64,000 nucleotides of DNA. Origin: Candidatus Bathyarchaeota archaeon. GTDB taxonomy: Archaea; Thermoproteota; Bathyarchaeia; TCS64. The DNA is taken from NCBI GenBank assembly GCA_963771885.1, contig CAVYVF010000002.1:256001-320000 (forward strand), written 5' to 3'. Below the pieces are notes generated by a model. It saw nothing but the letters and a program-made list of their open reading frames with translations, was not told where the DNA came from and ran no database searches. The stretch's first letter is position 1. Every line of letters starts with the position of its first letter. Below, piece after piece: positions 37,795 through 47,093 of the stretch. A program made the position numbers and the translations under genes.

Positions 37795-38532
37795 TTGCCA
37801 ATTTTAATGGTCAACGGTGAAAAGCTCGAAGCTGAGTTCCTGCTATTCGATGTAGACGGTACGCTTGTAGACGACGAGAACCGCTATAGAGCACTCGCGA
37901 CGCTCCGCTTCGACGCAATCGCGAAAATGGCTGGGAAGAGAGCCGCGGAGACGTGGGCGCCTCTAGGCGGGTACGATCCTGCCAGCATGGTTTTAGATAT
38001 GGCTGGCCCGATAGCGAAAGCTGCACGAAAGGAGGACATGGCGATCGCCGCCGTGGCAATATACCGGAACGGTAAAGGTTGGCATGAGGCGCGAGCCCTC
38101 GCCGAGGCGGCGTACGCGGACGCCGACGCGATCCAGATGCGCGATTACACGCCCAAACTCTACCCCGGAGTCGAGAAGAGCCTAAGAAGCCTCAAGAATG
38201 CGGGCTTCAAGCTTGGAATCGCCACAAACGGCTCGAACAAGATCACATGCGAACTGCTCGGCATTCTCAAAATACAGGAACAATTCTCAGTCGTTGTCGG
38301 CTCGGAGGACGCGTCGAACCCCAAGCCCGCCCCCGACCTCCTCATAGCCGCCTGCAGGAAGGCGAAAGTCTCAACAACGCACACAATCTATGTCGGCGAC
38401 CAGCAGGTGGACGCCGAAGCGGCGCATACCGCCGAGATACCGACATGTGTGATTGTAGGAAGGGCACAAGTTCCAGTCTCCCCCTCCGTCCGACGCGTAG
38501 CCTCCGTGGCAGACCTGCGCACCCACCCGTGA
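37795..38532 (+). CDS. HAD-family hydrolase
   Basis: FDVDGTL, IATN, KPAPD, YVGD. Confidence 0.88.
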   Translation: MPILMVNGEKLEAEFLLFDVDGTLVDDENRYRALATLRFDAIAKMAGKRAAETWAPLGGYDPASMVLDMAGPIAKAARKEDMAIAAVAIYRNGKGWHEARALAEAAYADADAIQMRDYTPKLYPGVEKSLRSLKNAGFKLGIATNGSNKITCELLGILKIQEQFSVVVGSEDASNPKPAPDLLIAACRKAKVSTTHTIYVGDQQVDAEAAHTAEIPTCVIVGRAQVPVSPSVRRVASVADLRTHP

Positions 38533-38570
38533 GTCTTAAAGCCTCCACGGACAACTGAGAGTTGATCCCC

Positions 38571-40091
38571 ATGCTCCTAGACGAGTACCTCAAGGCACGC
38601 GAGATACAGGCTGCCGAGTACAACGCAAACTACCTCGGCGTCTCCAACCTTCTTCTCATGGAAAGCGCAGGCGGAGCAGTCGCAGACGCAGTCGCTGCCA
38701 AGGTTAAGCCCGGGGCACGCGTCTTCGTCGCCTGCGGTCTCGGCGGAAACGGTGGGGACGGTTTCGTTACCGCGCGCCACCTCGCAGACCGGGGATACAA
38801 GGTCAAGGCGATCCTCGCGGGGAACAGTAACTCTATACGCTCCGAGGAGACCCGCCACAACTTCGAGGTTGCAGAGCTTATGGCGGGCAGTCTTGAGCTA
38901 GAGGTCGTGGAGGATTCGACACAAGTCACGCCCATCGAAGCGGACGCGATAGTTGACGCCCTCATAGGATACACGTATCGTGGCAAGCTCTCACCTGTCA
39001 CTAAGGCTATCATTAATGCCATCAACGCGTCAAGTGCCTACACGGTCTCTATTGACACGCCTACGGGGCTCGTAGTCGACACCGGTGAGGCGCCCGAGGA
39101 ATGCGTTGAAGCGGACGTGACGGTCACATTCCACAAGCCGAAGACCGGATTCAGGGGCAAGCCAAAGCAGCTTGGGAAGCTCATCGTTGCCAAGCTGGGG
39201 TTGCCCGCCGAGGCGGAGACCTTCACGGGGCCTGGCGACGTGTTACTTGTCCACAGTCGGCGCGATCCGGAGGGGCATAAGGGTATGTTTGGGCGCTTGC
39301 TAGTCGTAGGTGGAAGTGAAACTTATCATGGCGCACCTGCCCTCGCCACTATGGGGGCACAGGCGACCGGAGTAGACCTCGTCTACACCGCTGTCCCCGA
39401 ATCCGCTGCCGACGGAGTAGCCGCTATCTCCCCCAGTATGATTGTTGTCAAGCTTAAGGGCGAGAGACTCACTCTCAAGAACCTTGTACAACTCAAGCCA
39501 TTCCTCGATAAAGTCGACGCCGTCGCCCTAGGGCCTGGGCTAGGGCTCGAAGAAGAGACGAAGAAAGCGGCGCTCCAACTTATCAAGGAGGCTGAGGCGA
39601 GGAAGCTGCCACTTGTTGTCGACGCCGACGCCCTAAAGGCATTCGGCGAAGCCCGGTGCAGGCTAAAGGTCCCAGCCGTCTTCACCCCCCACAGCAGAGA
39701 GTTCGAGGTCCTCACCGGGCGCAAGGCTGAAGGCGACTGGAGAGAGAAAGGCGCAATCGTCGAAGCTGAGGCGAAGCGCCTCGGCTCAATTATCCTCCTC
39801 AAAGGCTCAGTCGATGTCGTCAGCGACGGCTCCCACACACGATACAACTGGACGGGCAACCCCGGCATGACAGTCGGAGGCACAGGCGACGTACTCACAG
39901 GCATAACCGCGGGGTACATTTCCCAAGGTGTTGAGCCGTTCAACGCCGCCTGCGCGGGCGCCTTCATAAATGGCGCAGCCGGCGACGCAGTACAAGCCGA
40001 GAAGGGAAATCATATCCTCCCCGAGGAGATGATACAGTTCATCCCATACATAATAGAGGAAGCCGCCGCCGGGAAAATGAGGCTAGCCTAA
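38571..40091 (+). CDS. nnr: Bifunctional NAD(P)H-hydrate epimerase/dehydratase
   Basis: LMESAG, GGNGGDG, HKGMFG, GPGLG, VDADAL, TPHSREF, GGTGDVL. Confidence 0.93.
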   Translation: MLLDEYLKAREIQAAEYNANYLGVSNLLLMESAGGAVADAVAAKVKPGARVFVACGLGGNGGDGFVTARHLADRGYKVKAILAGNSNSIRSEETRHNFEVAELMAGSLELEVVEDSTQVTPIEADAIVDALIGYTYRGKLSPVTKAIINAINASSAYTVSIDTPTGLVVDTGEAPEECVEADVTVTFHKPKTGFRGKPKQLGKLIVAKLGLPAEAETFTGPGDVLLVHSRRDPEGHKGMFGRLLVVGGSETYHGAPALATMGAQATGVDLVYTAVPESAADGVAAISPSMIVVKLKGERLTLKNLVQLKPFLDKVDAVALGPGLGLEEETKKAALQLIKEAEARKLPLVVDADALKAFGEARCRLKVPAVFTPHSREFEVLTGRKAEGDWREKGAIVEAEAKRLGSIILLKGSVDVVSDGSHTRYNWTGNPGMTVGGTGDVLTGITAGYISQGVEPFNAACAGAFINGAAGDAVQAEKGNHILPEEMIQFIPYIIEEAAAGKMRLA

Positions 40092-40951
40092 GGTAGAAGA
40101 GGCTGAACATTCACGTCCAACATCGCCCACAGCTTCTCAGGCGGGATCTGCAGGTCACGATGCGGCGCGTACTTGTTCACACCCATCAGCATGTCGAGAT
40201 AAGGCTTCTGCCTGATCCCCGGGTAGTCAGTGCCGAAAACGAGCTTCTGCAGCACACCCATATTCAACGCCGAGAGCAAGTCCTTCCACAACAGCCACAG
40301 GTAGCTCGGGTGGTTGATGTTCCCGTAGGGCCAGCTTATGTCGGCGTAGACGTTCTTGTGCTTCCTCAGAACGTAGAGCGTCTCGTCAACTCGCGGGTAA
40401 CCTAGGTGGGCGAGCACTATCCTCATCTTTGGGAAGTTCTTGGCGACTACGTCTATCTGCGCCGGGTCGGTATGGTAGAGAAGGTCATGCGCCTCGGGCA
40501 TCCCAGCGTGGTGGACGAGCACCGGCATGTCCAGCTCCTGCGCCACGTCATAGACCTCGAAGGCGTTCGGGTCGTCAGGACTGTAGCCGTCGGTGCAAGG
40601 ATAGAGCTTTAGGCCGAAGAGCCCGAACTCCTCCCTCTGCCTCCTCAGCGACTTAGCTGCACCACGCAGAACGGGATTGACGTAACCGAAACCCATGAGT
40701 CGGTCCGGCGCCTGCTTTACAAAGGCTGCGACCTGCTCGGGAGTAGTCCGCATGTCACTGAGGACTACCGCCTTCTCTATTCCCGCCTCATCTAGGTCAG
40801 CAAGGAACTCCTCGACGCTGACCGAGATGATAGTTGGGTGGGCTGGGTCTGTGTACTCAGTAATACTTATGTGACAGTGGTAGTCGACCTTCGGGAGGCC
40901 CGTGTGCTTTCTACCCTCGCGCCCCTCCCTAAGCTGGACTATTGTATCCAT
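40088..40951 (-). CDS. Amidohydrolase_2 family protein
   Basis: DYHCH, GLKLYP, LAHLG, FGTDYP. Confidence 0.88.
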   Translation of the reverse strand: MDTIVQLREGREGRKHTGLPKVDYHCHISITEYTDPAHPTIISVSVEEFLADLDEAGIEKAVVLSDMRTTPEQVAAFVKQAPDRLMGFGYVNPVLRGAAKSLRRQREEFGLFGLKLYPCTDGYSPDDPNAFEVYDVAQELDMPVLVHHAGMPEAHDLLYHTDPAQIDVVAKNFPKMRIVLAHLGYPRVDETLYVLRKHKNVYADISWPYGNINHPSYLWLLWKDLLSALNMGVLQKLVFGTDYPGIRQKPYLDMLMGVNKYAPHRDLQIPPEKLWAMLDVNVQPLLP

Positions 40952-41062
40952 TCCCGACAATTTGGTGACCTCTGAATGATACTCTGCTTCCCTGTAAAAG
41001 ACTTGTCGAGATTCCGAAGGAGCACATCAGCGTCACTCCCTAAACTGGGGCAGGAGGTCCTT

Positions 41063-41389
41063 GTGCGCTTCAAAGAGTTCGATGAACGCCTGCTCAGTGG
41101 CGCGCGCGCCGCCAATACTTTTAACAAGATAAACCAATTACACAGAGGCAGCATGAGTTTCATAGAAGCCTACAACCTCACATCGGCACGGAGTCAACTC
41201 ATAATGCGGTACAAGAACAGGAATGGTGAGCGGCTCGAAGTCTTCCTATCCGGTCAAACTCTGCTTACAATATTCAATCTAGACAAGGAGTCAATATCCA
41301 CCTACAACCGTCGAATTGACCCTGACGGATTCGACAGGACGCTTACCGCTTTTCTACTAGCGAACTCCATGACTAGGAAAGATACTTAA
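41063..41389 (+). CDS. Hypothetical protein
   Basis: Open frame with GGAGGT just upstream of GTG 41063; no recognisable motif. Confidence 0.45.
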   Translation: MRFKEFDERLLSGARAANTFNKINQLHRGSMSFIEAYNLTSARSQLIMRYKNRNGERLEVFLSGQTLLTIFNLDKESISTYNRRIDPDGFDRTLTAFLLANSMTRKDT

Positions 41390-41530
41390 CCAACGGGCGC
41401 TCGCGAGGCGTCCATGATCCCCGTTGTGCAGCACAAGGTTGGAGCCTTTGAGGCCCTGCAGGTTGACGGCGTCAAGGACGGAGTTGTAACCAAATACGGC
41501 GCTTCCAGCCCCGACGAGGACGATGGGCAA
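41357..41530 (-). pseudogene. N-terminal remnant of a family 4 glycoside hydrolase
   Basis: Manual translation LPIVLVGAGSAVFGYNSVLDAVNLQGLKGSNLVLHNGD..RL resembles the GH4 Rossmann start; resemblance ends near 41400. Confidence 0.6.
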
Positions 41531-41566
41531 ACAATGGTCTTACGCAGATTAGATGCGGTGATAAGG

Positions 41567-42229
41567 CTAACTGATGAGCCCCGCGTAGAGCATAAAGACA
41601 CCAGCAGCAATGAGAACGATGCCGTTTACCCTTTTCATGTAGGGCAGGACACTGAGCAGCCTCTCGTATAAAACTCCCTTCGCGAGCGAGAGTGTAAGTG
41701 TGAGTGGAATTATCAGCGCCGCCGCCCCCACTCCGTAAGCGGCGAAGAGTACGATTATCTCAGCAAAGTTCCCCACCGCCGCCCCCTGGAGCACGATGAG
41801 AATGAATATAGGTAAGCTGCAGCCGAGACTAGCGACCCCATAGGCGATGCCGTAGAAGACGAAGGACAGCTTGTTCCCATCAAATGCGAAACCGATGCTT
41901 TGCAGGCGGTCGAGAGCGTTCGTCCACCCCGACACCACGCCTAGAACGATCAATCCGCCGCCGATGACCGGCTCTGCCAGCCAAACGAATCTCATGAACC
42001 CCGAGACTGCAATGGATGGTATCACGCCGATGACGACAAAGACTAGGAGAAACCCGACGATCATTGCCGCTGACAGGGCGAGCCCCGAGAGTAGTCGGCC
42101 TTTACGGTCACCCCGCTCAAGCATATATGAAACGTAGGCAGGAAGCATGGGCAGGCTGCATGGGCTTAGGAATGCGAGCGCCCCCGCAGTGAACGCTATC
42201 AACAGCTGTGCCCCATCCATCGCCATCAC
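41567..42229 (-). CDS. ccdA: CcdA/DsbD transmembrane thiol-disulfide transporter
   Basis: FLSPCSLPMLPAY and GCSLP. Confidence 0.88.
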   Translation of the reverse strand: MMAMDGAQLLIAFTAGALAFLSPCSLPMLPAYVSYMLERGDRKGRLLSGLALSAAMIVGFLLVFVVIGVIPSIAVSGFMRFVWLAEPVIGGGLIVLGVVSGWTNALDRLQSIGFAFDGNKLSFVFYGIAYGVASLGCSLPIFILIVLQGAAVGNFAEIIVLFAAYGVGAAALIIPLTLTLSLAKGVLYERLLSVLPYMKRVNGIVLIAAGVFMLYAGLIS

Positions 42230-42724
42230 TACGCGTACTCGTTTATCATCTGTTGCAACTGGCTCAGCTCAGTATAGAATCCCCTGTACCTAATGATGCC
42301 TTCTTTATCGATCACGAGGACCGTCGGGACGGCGTTGACCTTGTAGTCGATACCGGCCTGCTTAGAGCCGCCGATCTTCCAGTCTAGATCGTAGTATAAA
42401 GAGAACAGCTGGAGGTCAGAGGTGTTAGTCGAGTCGAGGTTGACTGATACCAGCGTGACTCTTTTATCTCCTGATCTGGCGGAGGATATCGAATTCGTCG
42501 ACGCAGACGGGGCAGCTTGTCGTTATGAAGTCGATGATGACCACCTTTCCTCTTTGTTCGCTTAGGTCGAAGGTAGAGCCGTCGGTCGCAGTGAACATGA
42601 TGTTGAGCGCGCCGTCGCCGACTGTGATGCCCCCTACTGCATTGTCCGAGTTGAGGAAATAGTATAGTCCCCCGGTTCCGAGGATGAATATTCCAATAAG
42701 TGCGAGCGTTACGCCGATCTTCAT
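42229..42724 (-). CDS. Membrane-anchored TlpA/ResA-like redoxin (frameshift near 42470)
   Basis: TM anchor, GKVVIIDF..SCPVC; second frame continues VTLVSVNLD..YKVNAVPTVLVIDKEGIIRY to stop at 42229. Confidence 0.82.
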
Positions 42725-42771
42725 GCTAAGGTTTTTCCTGAGACCGGGGTTTAAAAACTGAATCTGTTTTT

Positions 42772-43617
42772 TTACCTTCTTTCGGAGGTGCCGGCGATCG
42801 AGATCGATGCGCGCAGCCCGCGGAGAGCACTCGGATAATCGTCGAAGGTGCAACGAGTCGTCTTGCCATCGATGCGCTCCATGTAGGGGAGAAGGCAGAC
42901 AATATCTGCCATATTCGGTGTGACCCACCTCATCTTGACCTCTACTGGCTCGTTGACCCAGTAGGGGTTGACCTTCCCGATGTCCTCTAGCGCCTCTCGT
43001 GCCTTCTGCTTGATGAGGGCGCGGCTCTTGTTCGGGTGTAGACACTTTGCAGAATATCTGCCGACGGCCCACTTCACTGGCGCTGTAGTGATACCGGGGA
43101 CGAAGTTGTCCGCTTCGGCGCATGCCGCATAGTCACCGGCGAGGAAGACCGCAGGAACGCCGTGCCAGCCCGCGAGGGCGGCGTTCATTCCGAACTCCCC
43201 CGTCTCCCTTCCGTTGATGACAACACCGTCGACAGTGCCTCCGGAGATTGTGTGTGCGAGTATGCCGTTTTCCGTCCCCGCCATGGAGTGGTAGCCGACG
43301 AAGAGCGCCGCGTCGTAGTGGCCGTCGTCGATTCCCTCCATCATGCCGTCCGGCTTTGGGCTTCCCCTTACGAGGTACGCTGCCTCGTTGACGTCCTCGG
43401 GTTGGAGATTCCTCATGCCGCCGTGGGAGTCGCTTACGACTATCTCCTTCGCCCCCGCGGCGAGAGCGCCTTCGATGGCCGCATTAAGATCCCCCGCCAT
43501 CATCTTTCTGTAGGTGCCGTACTCGGCGTGGTTCATATCGACGTGTGTCCAGTCGACCACGCTTGAGATACCCTCCATGTCAACGGATATGAAAACGCGC
43601 TCGGGCTTGTTCGCCAT
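42772..43617 (-). CDS. dppA: M55 D-aminopeptidase
   Basis: ISVDMEG, SDSHG, VGYHS, LAHT, GE. Confidence 0.92.
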   Translation of the reverse strand: MANKPERVFISVDMEGISSVVDWTHVDMNHAEYGTYRKMMAGDLNAAIEGALAAGAKEIVVSDSHGGMRNLQPEDVNEAAYLVRGSPKPDGMMEGIDDGHYDAALFVGYHSMAGTENGILAHTISGGTVDGVVINGRETGEFGMNAALAGWHGVPAVFLAGDYAACAEADNFVPGITTAPVKWAVGRYSAKCLHPNKSRALIKQKAREALEDIGKVNPYWVNEPVEVKMRWVTPNMADIVCLLPYMERIDGKTTRCTFDDYPSALRGLRASISIAGTSERR

Positions 43618-43657
43618 AACTGATCAGAGAGAAAGATGCTGATTCTGTTTAAAACGG

Positions 43658-43810
43658 TTAGGAAACGTGCTTCCCATATAGTATCGGGGAGCCACAGTAG
43701 AGACAGAGGTTCGTTCTTGGAACGAGTTTACCACAACCTTTGCAGACGACCAAAGGGGATTCAAGAGCCTCGGATCGGGCTTCCTGAACGTCAATAATGT
43801 CTTGAGCCAT
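43658..43810 (-). CDS. 50-aa zinc-ribbon microprotein (not in ORF track)
   Basis: Manual translation MAQDIIDVQEARSEALESPLVVCKGCGKLVPRTNLCLYCGSPILYGKHVS; TTATA about 35 bp upstream. Confidence 0.7.
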   Translation of the reverse strand: MAQDIIDVQEARSEALESPLVVCKGCGKLVPRTNLCLYCGSPILYGKHVS

Positions 43811-43925
43811 GCCTATCCGCAGCCTTCACGCCTCCTACTACATATAAGCCAACCGAAGCCGACTGAAGCGGGGGTGCCTGAAAGTGTCCAGCAAGTTTAT
43901 CTCGAAAACCCAGAACACTATCAGC

Positions 43926-44732
43926 ATGGCCCCCACTCTCATCTACAAGCCCGTTCTAGGGCATCTCATGAGGGTCGCCTGCTTCATGTCTGGCTCCGGC
44001 ACGAACGCACGCAAGATTATTGAGCGAAGCCACCAGCCCGGTGCCAGCTACCTAGTCGATCTCATCTTCACCGACGTGAAGGACGAGGCTCTCGACAGGG
44101 AGGGTAACAAGGCTTGCAAGGCCCTAGACATAGCCCGTGAGTACGGCATTGCTTACGAATGCGTAGACATCATGGACTTCTACAGGGCTAAGGGGCATAC
44201 ATCGAAGAAAGACCTCAGTCTACGCCCTGACTTTGATAAGTTGGTCGTTGCCGCAGTGGAGAAGCACGGTATCGACCTCATCGCCCTCGCAGGATACATG
44301 AGCATCACGACTCAGCCCCTCCTCGACCAATACGAGGGACGCATCGTGAACGTGCACCCCGCCGACCTAACAGTCACTATGGGTGACGAGAGGAAGTATG
44401 TAGGCATGCACACGGTGCGCGACGCGATACTCGCGGGCGAGAAGGATGTCAGGGCGACAACGCATATCGTTAGGGAGAAGGTCGATAACGGGGAATTACT
44501 CGTCGTCTCGAGAGCGGTACCCGTGAAGCTGCCTCCGGGAGCTACGCTTGAAAGGCTACGCGATGATAAGGAACTGCTCAAGACCGTTGTCGAGGAGCAC
44601 CAAGACCGCCTGAAGAGGATGGGGGACTGGGAGATCTACCCACTGACTGTTCAGATGATCGGCGAGGGGCGATTCGCCCTCGGCGACGGTAGGGTCTATC
44701 TAGATGGAAAACCCGGCTGGCTTCACCTCTAG
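43926..44732 (+). CDS. purN: Folate-dependent formyltransferase, PurN-like
   Basis: MSGSGTN, LAGYM, NVHPA, ATTH..VDNG. Confidence 0.7.
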   Translation: MAPTLIYKPVLGHLMRVACFMSGSGTNARKIIERSHQPGASYLVDLIFTDVKDEALDREGNKACKALDIAREYGIAYECVDIMDFYRAKGHTSKKDLSLRPDFDKLVVAAVEKHGIDLIALAGYMSITTQPLLDQYEGRIVNVHPADLTVTMGDERKYVGMHTVRDAILAGEKDVRATTHIVREKVDNGELLVVSRAVPVKLPPGATLERLRDDKELLKTVVEEHQDRLKRMGDWEIYPLTVQMIGEGRFALGDGRVYLDGKPGWLHL

Positions 44733-45181
44733 CCACTTATCGTGGCAACGACTGCATTATTTAGCCTGACAACGTCGGCGAACCTGACCTCGAGAAGCTT
44801 GTCTCTGCTCCCTCCGCCGCAGTAGAATGTTTCGAACCACTCAAGCTCCTTGTCTACTACGACACGCATCTTCGTCTTGAATCCGAGGCTGGGGGTCCCG
44901 CCAGGTGGAAACCCGCTTATTGGCTCGCTCTGGTCGAAGGGCATAAGCCTTACGTTTTTGACGCCGAGAGCCTTCGCCGCCTCCTTGAGGTTGACCCTCC
45001 TGTCCCCCGGAACTATTAGTACAACATGCTCCTCCGAGTCGGTGACTGAGACTAGATTCTTCGTGATCCTGTGGAGATCGATGCCCGTCGCCTGCGAGGC
45101 ATCAGCTGTGTGCACAGTCTCCTTCTTTTCCACGAATCTATGCCAGATATTGTTCTGCTCAAGGTAGGCTTCCAGGGACAT
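44729..45181 (-). CDS. YbaK/ProX aminoacyl-tRNA deacylase family
   Basis: ITKNL, GFPPGGTPSLG, CGGG. Confidence 0.85.
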   Translation of the reverse strand: MSLEAYLEQNNIWHRFVEKKETVHTADASQATGIDLHRITKNLVSVTDSEEHVVLIVPGDRRVNLKEAAKALGVKNVRLMPFDQSEPISGFPPGGTPSLGFKTKMRVVVDKELEWFETFYCGGGSRDKLLEVRFADVVRLNNAVVATISG

Positions 45182-45229
45182 CGAGGTGCAGTGTGGCGGC
45201 GGCGGGTAAGAATCTTGGGGTGGTTGAAG

Positions 45230-45288
45230 CTTAGGGATGATGGACGTCATCCCTAAGGGCTTCGCCTAAACGGAGACTAGTCGAAGCC
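45230..45288. other. Two abutting inverted repeats (candidate structured RNA)
   Basis: CTTAGGGATGA/TCATCCCTAAG (11 bp) followed directly by GGCTTCG/CGAAGCC (7 bp). Confidence 0.55.
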
Positions 45289-45409
45289 GTGCTCACGTGT
45301 TCTTTGCCATGCTTTAAACTTAATTGTCTGCAACCCCATAAATCATGGTAATTCCAAGGTCCCTCGTCTTGAATTATATAGATGTGTTCCGTTGATCCAT
45401 TTGATCGAT

Positions 45410-45616
45410 ATGAAGACGAGTGCCAGAAACCTGATAGATGGTAAGATAATGAGCGTAGAGACTGATAAGATCATGGGGAAGGTGAGGGTCGAGATTCAGC
45501 CAGCTGTTCTCACATCGGTGATCACGAAGGAGTCGGTGGATGACCTTAACTTGAAGGTGGGCGACCGCGTCAAGGTGATGGTGAAGTCGACGTCGGTCAT
45601 GATCGTGAAGGAGTAG
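45410..45616 (+). CDS. Molybdate/tungstate-binding Mop/TOBE protein
   Basis: SARN, SVITKESVDDLNL, VKSTSVM. Confidence 0.9.
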   Translation: MKTSARNLIDGKIMSVETDKIMGKVRVEIQPAVLTSVITKESVDDLNLKVGDRVKVMVKSTSVMIVKE

Positions 45617-46961
45617 CTATCCAGAGAAGCTCAGATAGCTTGTCTACCCTCCCTAACCTCTCAAGGTTATCGACGAGTTCGATTGTTTTCTCGATTCTTT
45701 CCGCGTCGAGTGTCGGTGTCGAGAGTGCAGCGAATTTCTTCCTGATGAAGCTATATGGGATGGGCTGCTTGTCGTCCTCGAAGGCTGTGTAGTGGTTGTC
45801 TATGGTTATGATCTCTAGACGTGTTCCAATCTTCTTGGGGAAGATTGCGTCGATCTCGGGGTCGGTGTAGACCTCAGTCTTCTTACCGAGCTCGATTACT
45901 TTTGGGTCGCGGTAGTCGTCAAAGAACTCCCTCATGAAGACGCGCCCCTTGACGAGGGCGATGGCAACCGCCACTGCGGCATGGTTCTGAGCATGTAAGG
46001 GCGTTTCCGCCACCTTGAGCTGGTTCTCAGCTGTGACGTGGTTGAGTCCGACTCTGATCTTGACGACTTCCTCAGGCCTGATCTCGTGCTTCATCTGGAG
46101 TTCGAGGGCCATCGTTATGGGTGGGCAGAGCTCGTGGCAGCAGGCGTAGGGCTTGAACTTGCATGCAAGTATCCTGTGGTTAGCTCCGAGTCCTTCTGTG
46201 AGACGACTCAGGTCGTAGCTGTCGGCATGGGTCGCCATGAGTCCGTATCTACCCTCAAAGATCGTTGAGGGTCCTGTGTAGCCGACGCGTGCGAGCTGCG
46301 CTGCTAGGACACCGTTCATCGCCGCCTTCCCAGCGTGGAGCCTCTTGCTCATATCGCCGGAGGTCAGCCACTCTTCGAGGCCCGCCGCCTGTATCCCAGC
46401 TAGACCGAGGGCGTTCACCATTTGCTCCTCGTCGAGTTTCATCAACTTCCCGGCTGCAGCTGCAGCGCCAAAGGTGCCAACGACGCCCGTCGCGTGGAAT
46501 CCCCTGTTCCTCAGCCCCGGGTATAGGGCGGAGTCGATCCTACAGTTTACCTCGTACCCCGCGACGAGGGCGGTGATAAGCTCCTTCCCCGTAGAACGCT
46601 CTGCCTCCGAGACCGCGTATGCTGCGGGGACTATGCATGAGCCGGGATGAGCCCAGCTAGGCCGTGCGCCAGAGTCATCGGCATCTATGCCATGCGCCAT
46701 TGTGCCGTTTGCAAGTGCCGCCATAATAGCTGGGTACCTATCAGCGTGGCCCATGACAGTCGACTGTGGAGCGCCACCGTTTGCCTCGACGAGTCTGGCG
46801 ACCATACCGGACCAAGGCATGTCGCGCGCCCCGAGGATGTTGCCAAGTGTGTCGAGGAGGTGCATCTTTCCTCTTTCGACAACTTCGTCACCCAGATCGT
46901 CGTAGCTCAGCTTCGTTACGTATTCTGCGAGTGCCTTCGAATACTCCACGGCGTCACCCAA
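45597..46961 (-). CDS. MmgE/PrpD family protein
   Basis: ANGTMAHGIDADD, HPG, GFHATG, KRLHAG, FKPYACC. Confidence 0.92.
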   Translation of the reverse strand: MGDAVEYSKALAEYVTKLSYDDLGDEVVERGKMHLLDTLGNILGARDMPWSGMVARLVEANGGAPQSTVMGHADRYPAIMAALANGTMAHGIDADDSGARPSWAHPGSCIVPAAYAVSEAERSTGKELITALVAGYEVNCRIDSALYPGLRNRGFHATGVVGTFGAAAAAGKLMKLDEEQMVNALGLAGIQAAGLEEWLTSGDMSKRLHAGKAAMNGVLAAQLARVGYTGPSTIFEGRYGLMATHADSYDLSRLTEGLGANHRILACKFKPYACCHELCPPITMALELQMKHEIRPEEVVKIRVGLNHVTAENQLKVAETPLHAQNHAAVAVAIALVKGRVFMREFFDDYRDPKVIELGKKTEVYTDPEIDAIFPKKIGTRLEIITIDNHYTAFEDDKQPIPYSFIRKKFAALSTPTLDAERIEKTIELVDNLERLGRVDKLSELLWIATPSRS

Positions 46962-47093
46962 AGGATTGGTCGCACAAGTCTGCTTTATTGCTTGTCTACG
47001 CCCGTCGTTGGTGTCCTAGGTGTATCACTGATACTGTCTAGGTACAGTAATTACACCAACGTGCTTTTAAGCCGGGCTGAGTCTGTTGAAAAG

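Noticed and set aside
45230..45410. Moco/Tuco riboswitch for the Mop gene
   Set aside because: No recognisable Moco motif, and a TATA-like box near 45375 would place the hairpins outside the Mop transcript
46647..47093. N-terminal extensions in the ORF track (also 1032-1241, 27834-27938, 42725-43123)
   Set aside because: They overlap neighbouring genes or promoters; downstream starts fit better
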